The notes under the pieces: generated by a model
Seen by the model: the letters and a program-made list of their open reading frames with translations, nothing else
What the model was told of the DNA's origin: nothing
Databases searched by the model: none
Position numbers and translations under genes: made by a program
Shown here: piece after piece, positions 59,000 through 64,000 of the stretch
Layout: each line of letters starts with the position of its first letter
How positions within the stretch are numbered: position 1 is the first letter of the stretch
Assembly: GCA_018267385.1 (NCBI GenBank)
Contig: JAFDYN010000009.1
Span: 225,959 to 289,958, forward strand
From: Bacteroidota bacterium
Lineage (GTDB): Bacteria > Bacteroidota > Bacteroidia > Chitinophagales > LD1
Direction of reading: 5' to 3'
DNA: 64,000 bases

Positions 59000-59368
59000 A
59001 TGAAAAAGCCTTACACCTCCCTCCTTTTCTGCGCAGCAATACTCTGTATGAGCCTCTGCGCTACCGCGCAAACCACTGCCAGCGCCGCTAGCAAACCCAC
59101 TCCACCCAAAGGTATGACAGGCCTCTATCCGCGCATCTGGTGGTCTAAGGACACGCTGCGATCCCAATGGCAGGTGTGGCGGCGGGACGATACCTCCAGC
59201 ATCGCGCTCTATGTGGAGGACAAGGATAAAAAGAACAAGCTGGCCTATCAGAAGCTGACCAAACCAGAGACCACGATAGACATCTCCGCATGGCCCAAGG
59301 GCATCTATGAGGCTATCGTAGTGATGCCCGGAGAGATCTACAGGATCACACTGCCGGTAAAGAACTAG
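59000..59368 (+). CDS. Small secreted protein with a T9SS-CTD-like beta-sandwich tail
   Basis: 122 aa with signal peptide MKKPYTSLLFCAAILCMSLCATAQ. The C-terminal pattern IALYVEDKDKKNKLAYQKL...IDISAWPKGIYEAIVVMPGEIYRITLPVKN resembles Por-secretion CTDs. Tentative. Confidence 0.6.
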   Translation: MKKPYTSLLFCAAILCMSLCATAQTTASAASKPTPPKGMTGLYPRIWWSKDTLRSQWQVWRRDDTSSIALYVEDKDKKNKLAYQKLTKPETTIDISAWPKGIYEAIVVMPGEIYRITLPVKN

Positions 59369-59490
59369 CTGGTATCATTTCTCCCCCTGACACACTAGCC
59401 TGACGAGAGCGACGTGCGCGTTTCCTGTTTCCCACGCCGTGAGGCTGGGACTACTGGAAACGGGTACAAGCCGGGTAGAGGCTTTATCAA

Positions 59491-59530
59491 ATAAAAAAAG
59501 TCCGTATCAATAAGCCTTCAGGCTTGATAC
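59491..59530 (-). terminator. Rho-independent terminator-like hairpin (reads as a terminator on the minus strand)
   Basis: GTATCAAtaAGCC-TTCA-GGCTTGATAC at 59504-59530, preceded on the plus strand by AAAAAAA. On the minus strand the stem is followed by GGAC-TTTTTTT. Confidence 0.5.
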
Positions 59531-59715
59531 AGACGTTGCTTTAGCACTTCGTGCAAATATCAAAAGCTAGTTACTCTTTTCAGTAAAATACCCACCATAT
59601 ACACCCATATATATGGATATAGCAGCTCGTTTTCAATACAATGCAAATATAGCAATTTTTGCGTATTTAAACACAATAAAATGGATGGAGTTATTCACAA
59701 AAGCAACAGCTGGTA

Positions 59716-59756
59716 GTTTCCGGTTTCCGTTTGTATAGGAAACGGAAACCGGAAAC
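59716..59756. repeat. Perfect 17-bp-stem hairpin / inverted repeat
   Basis: GTTTCCGGTTTCCGTTT-gtatagg-AAACGGAAACCGGAAAC. Each arm is itself two tandem GTTTCCG heptads. Confidence 0.95.
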
Positions 59757-59771
59757 CTGTCAGGACGCTAG

Positions 59772-59813
59772 CGTTCCGCGTTCCCGTTTGCTATGAAACA
59801 GGAACGCGGAACG
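59772..59813. repeat. 18-bp-stem hairpin / inverted repeat (1 mismatch)
   Basis: CGTTCCGCGTTCCCGTTT-gctatg-AAACAGGAACGCGGAACG. The arm is CGTTCCG + CGTTCCC heptads, with a single C/A mismatch at 59785/59800. Confidence 0.95.
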
Positions 59814-59837
59814 GTCTGCAGGGAGAGTCTTGGCAGG

Positions 59838-59855
59838 GACAGGTCGCGACCTGTC
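59838..59855. repeat. Perfect 18-bp palindrome
   Basis: GACAGGTCG|CGACCTGTC. Confidence 0.95.
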
Positions 59856-59903
59856 TCTACTGGTACAGAACACCTATTTATCAAGACTGTACTAAGATAT
59901 TGT

Positions 59904-59970
59904 CTGTTCCACTGTGTTTCACCTGTTCCACTCTACTGAAACAAGTGGAACGCCTTGGAACAGTGGAACA
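59904..59970. repeat. Nested inverted repeats built on CTGTTCCACT / AGTGGAACAG
   Basis: The outer arms TGTTCCACTG (59905-59914) and CAGTGGAACA (59961-59970) form 10 perfect base pairs. The inner arms GTTCCACT (59925-59932) and AGTGGAAC (59944-59951) form 8 bp with an 11-nt loop. The element ends 6 nt from the stop of the minus-strand gene. Confidence 0.9.
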
Positions 59971-59976
59971 CCTTGC

Positions 59977-60285
59977 CTAATCCATCATCTCCAGTGCAGC
60001 CCGTAGCTCGCCTGCTGTTTTCTTGTCACCGGCAGCGGTAGCTTTGTCGATACCGACTTTATACAGTGTTTCCGCGGCAGCGGTATTTCCAGCCTCCTCT
60101 TCCAGTTTGCCATACTGATAGTAGGTGGCTACGTAGTCGGGATAGTCAGTGACCAATCGTTCGAAATAACGCCTGCTTTCGGCCATATTTCCCTGAGAAA
60201 CATACTCCATGGCGAGGGCATATTTCAGGAAGGGGTCTGTGGGCGTAGCCCGCTCCATTGCTAGTAGTGTAGCCAGTCTGTCCAT
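59977..60285 (-). CDS. Small TPR-like helical protein
   Basis: 102 aa. YALAMEYVSQGNMAESRRYFERLVTDYPDYVATYYQYGKL is TPR-like. Confidence 0.7.
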   Translation of the reverse strand: MDRLATLLAMERATPTDPFLKYALAMEYVSQGNMAESRRYFERLVTDYPDYVATYYQYGKLEEEAGNTAAAETLYKVGIDKATAAGDKKTAGELRAALEMMD

Positions 60286-60319
60286 GTGATTTTTACCGAC
60301 CTTGGTTTGATAAACATTT

Positions 60320-60341
60320 TTACCAAACGATTGTTTGGTAA
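60320..60341. promoter_or_regulatory. 22-bp palindrome in the divergent promoter region upstream of etfB (candidate operator)
   Basis: TTACCAAAC-gatt-GTTTGGTAA has 9-bp perfect arms and sits 50 nt upstream of the etfB ATG. A related half-site, TTTTACCGAC, lies at 60291-60300. Confidence 0.35.
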
Positions 60342-60390
60342 TGCAAACTTATTAGATAGATTTGACCCCGCAATTTAAAATTTAACAGCA

Positions 60391-61131
60391 ATGAAAATAT
60401 TAGTACCGATCAGCAAGGTGCCGGATACTACATCCAAGATCGCCTTCACTGACAATAACACGAAATTTGCCACTGACAATGTACAGTTCATCATGAACCC
60501 TACTGACGAGTGGTATGCCCTGACCCGCGCTATAGAGCTGAAGGAAAAGCTCGGCGGCGAGGTAGTGGCTATCAATGTAGGCCTGGCAGACAATGAGCAG
60601 ATCATCCGCAAGGCGCTCGCTATAGGGGCAGATACCGCTGTACGTGTAGACCTGGACCCTACTGATGCCTATCAGGTAGCAGTAGAGATCGCCGCTCATG
60701 CCAAGAGTGGTGGCTACGACCTGATCATCACCGGCAAAGAGACGATCGACTACAATAGTTTTGAGGTAGGTGGTATGATAGCCGAGTCTCTGGAGTGGAA
60801 CGCTGTAGCCCTCGTATCCAAACTGGAAGTAGAAGGCGGCAAGGCCCTCGCTACACGCGATATAGAAGGCGGTACTGAGACCCTCGAGATCTCCCTCCCT
60901 GCAGTGATCTGCGCTACCAAGGACCTGGCCGCAGCACGCATACCAAACATGAAAGGCATCATGGCTGCCCGTACCAAGCCATTGACTGTAGTAGCTGCTA
61001 CCACCTCAGACAAACTGACGACCATAGCCAGCTACACACTGCCAGACAAGGCCAAGCAGATCAAGATGATCAGCCCGGACAATGTAGGCGAGCTGGTAAG
61101 ATTGCTCCACGAAGAAGCGAAAGTGATCTAA
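60391..61131 (+). CDS. etfB: Electron transfer flavoprotein beta subunit
   Basis: 246 aa. MKILVPISKVPDTTSKI..., an EtfB-type AMP-binding fold, followed by etfA. Confidence 0.95.
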   Translation: MKILVPISKVPDTTSKIAFTDNNTKFATDNVQFIMNPTDEWYALTRAIELKEKLGGEVVAINVGLADNEQIIRKALAIGADTAVRVDLDPTDAYQVAVEIAAHAKSGGYDLIITGKETIDYNSFEVGGMIAESLEWNAVALVSKLEVEGGKALATRDIEGGTETLEISLPAVICATKDLAAARIPNMKGIMAARTKPLTVVAATTSDKLTTIASYTLPDKAKQIKMISPDNVGELVRLLHEEAKVI

Positions 61132-61253
61132 ATCTGGTGGCGGGTGATGGTTGGCAGTTGGCTGGGAATACAAATGACTGCACTGCCGAAATCGAACATC
61201 CGACATCCGAAATAAGGTAAATCATAAATCAACAATCAAAAATCAGAAATACC

Positions 61254-62234
61254 ATGTCAGTATTATCAATCATAGAAGTATCTGAAGGCAAAATAAAGAA
61301 GACCTCATATGAGGCGGCGTACTACGGCGCTAAGGTGGCTGAGACGCTCGGCACTGAGGCTGCCGCTGTAGTGCTCGGCACCGCTACCGCAGAGGAGCTG
61401 GCCAACCTGGGCAACTACGGTATCAAGAAAGTACTCCACGCCAATGACGCACGTTTTGACGTGTTTGACAGCAAGGCACACACCAAGGCTGTAGCTGAGG
61501 CTGTAGAGAAGGCCGGTGCCAATGTAGTAGTATCATCTTTCAGCCCAAATGGCAAGCTGCTCGCTCCGCGCCTCTCTGTGAGGCTGAAGGCTGGCTATGT
61601 GCCGGGTGCCAATGCACTGCCTACCTTTGAGGGTACGACACTGCACGCTACCAAGGGTGTGTACTCCGGCAAGGCTAAAGCTACCTACGCTGTAGCTACA
61701 GAGAAGAAAGTGATCGCAGTAAGCCCTAACTCACTGTCTCCGGTGAAGGGAAGCGGTACTGCTGCTGTAGAGGCGTTCGCTGCCTCTGTATCTGACGCTG
61801 ACTTCACTACTACTGTCAAGTCTGTAGACAGGGCTGTAGGCGAAATATCACTGCCTGAGGCTGACCTCGTGGTATCTGCAGGCCGTGGCCTGAAAGGTCC
61901 TGAGAACTGGGGCATGATCGAATCTCTGGCGCATGAGCTGGGTGCGGCTACTGCCTGCTCCCGTCCTGTATCTGACGTAGACTGGCGTCCTCACCATGAG
62001 CACGTAGGCCAGACAGGTATCACCGTGAAGCCTAACCTCTACATCGCTATCGGTATCTCCGGCGCTATCCAGCACCTGGCAGGTGTCAATCAGTCTAAGG
62101 TGATCGTCGTGATCAATAACGATCCTGAGGCGCCATTCTTCAAGGCTGCTGACTACGGTATCGTAGGTGATGCCTTCCAGGTAGTGCCAAAGCTGATCGA
62201 AGAGGTGAAGAAGTTTAAGGCTGCTGCACATTAA
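61254..62234 (+). CDS. etfA: Electron transfer flavoprotein alpha subunit
   Basis: 326 aa with the C-terminal FAD-binding signature PNLYIAIGISGAIQHLAGV. Confidence 0.95.
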   Translation: MSVLSIIEVSEGKIKKTSYEAAYYGAKVAETLGTEAAAVVLGTATAEELANLGNYGIKKVLHANDARFDVFDSKAHTKAVAEAVEKAGANVVVSSFSPNGKLLAPRLSVRLKAGYVPGANALPTFEGTTLHATKGVYSGKAKATYAVATEKKVIAVSPNSLSPVKGSGTAAVEAFAASVSDADFTTTVKSVDRAVGEISLPEADLVVSAGRGLKGPENWGMIESLAHELGAATACSRPVSDVDWRPHHEHVGQTGITVKPNLYIAIGISGAIQHLAGVNQSKVIVVINNDPEAPFFKAADYGIVGDAFQVVPKLIEEVKKFKAAAH

Positions 62235-62286
62235 TTTTCTGTTGTCGGGTGGCAGGTGACTGTTGGCAGGCAATAAAAAATATAGA

Positions 62287-62318
62287 AGCCCGTTTCATTG
62301 CGAGACGGGCTTTTTTAT
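62287..62318 (+). terminator. Rho-independent terminator after etfA
   Basis: AGCCCGT-ttcattgcgag-ACGGGCT followed by TTTTTATT. Confidence 0.75.
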
Positions 62319-62365
62319 TGTATCAAGCCGCAGTCTACGCCTTTGATTTCACTCAAGCACCATGC

Positions 62366-63049
62366 ATGAAAACAACAACCCCTCTCCTCCTTTCGCTGCT
62401 GGCCATAACCATGGCGGTGGCCATATGCTCCTGCCGCAAAGTACCCGTCTGCACTGTGACAGGTCTGACAGTAGTCAGTGATACTGCCATCGCGCCTCAC
62501 CTGAGGTGGACCGGTGGTACCGCCCCATATATCGTAGAGTACAGGCCCCTAGGCACGCAGTGGTGGGATAGCGCCATCTGTCGCACTGACACTGTAGAGC
62601 TGCAGTGGCTGGCCGGTCACACAGACTACGAGTGGCAGGTGAAAGCTGCATGCGCCGACCACTTTTCTACCCGTGACACTTTCCGTACGAGTGGCTGCCA
62701 GCCCGGCTATGAGGGCCCCTACTGTCGCACTCCTATCCGGGCCAAATACCTGGGTAGCTATGTAGGTGACTACTCATGCCCCGGCAGCCCTGCGCTCACG
62801 ACTACCGTGATGGTAGGCTCATCTGCTGCGGATATACTAGGCCTTATCATCTCGGACGGTAGCACCACCTATTCCGGTACGCTGAGTGACTCCACTATTA
62901 CATTCACGGGGCAGTCGTAGAATGGTGGTACGGTGCAGGGCACAGGCCTCTTTACGACCAATGGCAGCGGCTATATACTCAACCTTGCCATCGTCACTTC
63001 GATCAACAGCATCACCAGTACCTGTACATATACCGGGTCAAAACAATAG
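62366..63049 (+). pseudogene. Lipoprotein gene (FN3-like / EGF-like Cys motif) interrupted by an in-frame TAG at 62918-62920
   Basis: Starts at ATG 62366 (MKTTTPLLLSLLAITMAVAICSC lipobox). The ORF stops at TAG 62918, but the same frame continues for 42 sense codons (NGGTVQGTGLFTTNGSGYILNLAIVTSINSITSTCTYTGSKQ) to TAG 63047-63049. A strong terminator follows 30 nt later. Confidence 0.55.
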
Positions 63050-63078
63050 TGTAATAGTTTTGCAGTAAAAAAAGATCC

Positions 63079-63110
63079 GCCCGTTTCTTAAATGAAGCGG
63101 GCTTTTTTTG
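63079..63110 (+). terminator. Rho-independent terminator
   Basis: GCCCGTTTC-ttaaat-GAAGCGGGC followed by TTTTTTT. Confidence 0.8.
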
Positions 63111-63246
63111 TTTTAGTATTTCTATGTCATTCAAAAACTGCATTCACTATTACCGCTTCGCTGAAAGAAAAAATATGGTCGCTTAGTACAGCTTTGTTAC
63201 CACATTTATTCTCTACTTTCATGGTTCATTTCAACCATTCACTACC

Positions 63247-64000
63247 ATGTCTGTTCAAAAAGAGATCAAACGCGTCACTACCCACACCCTGCACGAGTTT
63301 AAAGCCAAAGGTACCAAGATAGCCATGCTCACGTCCTATGACTTCTCTATGGCGGGTATCGTAGACCAGGCAGGCATAGATGTAATACTGGTAGGCGACT
63401 CTGCATCAAATGTGATGGCAGGCCATGAGACCACACTGCCCATCACGCTGGACCAGATGATCTATCATGCATCGTCGGTGGTACGTGCTGTCCATCGCGC
63501 ACTCGTGGTGGTAGACCTGCCCTTTGGCTCCTATCAGGGCAATAGCAGGCTGGCACTGGAGTCGTCCATCCGCATCATGAAGGAGTCAGGCGCACATGCG
63601 GTCAAACTGGAGGGCGGCAGCGAGATACGTGAGTCTGTAGAGCGGATCCTCACGGCAGGTATCCCGGTGATGGGTCACCTGGGGCTGACACCGCAGTCTA
63701 TCTATAAGTTTGGCACCTACAATGTGCGGGCAAAGGAAGAAGCCGAGGCACAGAAACTGAAAGAAGATGCACTGCTGCTGGAGAAGATAGGCTGCTTTGC
63801 CATCGTACTGGAGAAGATCCCGGCGCAACTAGCCAAAACCGTATCTACCAGCCTGCAAATCCCTACCATAGGCATAGGCGCCGGGCCTGATACAGATGGC
63901 CAGGTGCTCGTACTGCATGATATGCTCGGGATCAATAAGGAGTTTCGCCCGCGCTTTGTACGCCGCTATGCAGAGCTGGCCGATGTGATGCACAATGCCG
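63247..64000 (+). CDS. panB: 3-methyl-2-oxobutanoate hydroxymethyltransferase (ketopantoate hydroxymethyltransferase), 3'-truncated by window edge
   Basis: Hand translation from ATG 63247: [74 protein letters not shown]...AVKLEGG. The frame stays open to nt 64000, and it is absent from the ORF track because no stop lies in the window. Confidence 0.9.
   Translation, partial: MSVQKEIKRVTTHTLHEFKAKGTKIAMLTSYDFSMAGIVDQAGIDVILVGDSASNVMAGHETTLPITLDQMIYHASSVVRAVHRALVVVDLPFGSYQGNSRLALESSIRIMKESGAHAVKLEGGSEIRESVERILTAGIPVMGHLGLTPQSIYKFGTYNVRAKEEAEAQKLKEDALLLEKIGCFAIVLEKIPAQLAKTVSTSLQIPTIGIGAGPDTDGQVLVLHDMLGINKEFRPRFVRRYAELADVMHNA

Noticed and set aside
59400-59462. Hammerhead-ribozyme-like CUGANGA box (CTGACGA at 59400)
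   Set aside because: No properly placed GAAA box closing a short stem II follows it. The nearest GAAAC is about 50 nt away, and the intervening sequence does not form the required helix.
59541-59549. CIRCE half-site TTAGCACTT
   Set aside because: No complementary GAGTGCTAA arm lies 9 nt downstream, and the site is not upstream of a chaperone gene.
59480-59700. Possible oriC: an AT-rich tract with a perfect DnaA-box consensus TTATTCACA (59691-59699) next to the repeat cluster
   Set aside because: A single TTATNCACA match is expected by chance about once or twice in 64 kb on two strands. I found no cluster of boxes and no adjacent dnaA or dnaN, and flanking genes converge rather than diverge. 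A whole-genome GC-skew and DnaA-box cluster analysis would be needed to revive this.
59957-59976. Sigma-54-like TGGAAC...TTGC (TGGAACACCTTGCC)
   Set aside because: Only 3 nt separate TGGAAC and TTGC, whereas the -24/-12 consensus TGGCAC-N5-TTGC needs 5. The GG and GC elements are therefore mis-spaced, and the site sits at the 3' end of a gene.
62886-63322. ORFs 62886..63068 (+) and 63092..63322 (+)
   Set aside because: The first is out of frame with the better-supported extension of the lipoprotein gene. The second spans a terminator and runs out of frame into the real panB start at 63247.

Overview
This 64-kb window looks like chromosomal DNA from a Bacteroidota genome (Chitinophagia/Sphingobacteriia-like) at roughly 50% G+C. 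The taxon is inferred from T9SS C-terminal sorting domains, a short NuoG and overall gene content. Most of it is densely packed housekeeping: a complete nuoA-N operon (19.3-33.0 kb, minus strand), dnaK, dnaB, dprA, tilS, lpxB, surE, etfBA, engB, a 2-oxoacid dehydrogenase E2, an asnB-type amidotransferase, a 3'-truncated panB at the right edge, a 5'-truncated peroxiredoxin at the left edge, and one tRNA-Ala(GGC). I saw no rRNA, CRISPR array, transposase or integrase. Accessory features worth a second look: (1) An AT-rich ParE/RelE-type toxin plus a 59-aa antitoxin-like ORF sits between nuoD and nuoE. (2) A tightly coupled minus-strand operon runs tilS, two tandem GT-C/TPR (TMTC-like) membrane proteins, a polyprenyl-phosphate-type GT2, a DUF3473/CE4 deacetylase and a 137-aa unknown. 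This follows ArnC/ArnD/ArnT-like logic but with TPR-bearing transferases, and a third TMTC-like paralog lies at 4.2 kb. (3) A 608-bp convergent intergenic region (59.37-59.98 kb) is packed with long perfect or near-perfect hairpins built from GTTYCC/GGRAAC heptads, ending at a minus-strand terminator. (4) A lipoprotein gene carries an in-frame TAG followed by 42 more protein-like codons and then a strong terminator. (5) A small secreted-protein gene appears frameshifted or split next to an intact paralog. (6) Several operator-like repeats or palindromes lie upstream of dnaK, etfB, an XRE regulator and an ArsR regulator. All functional calls rest on motif and family recognition by eye; no database search was run.
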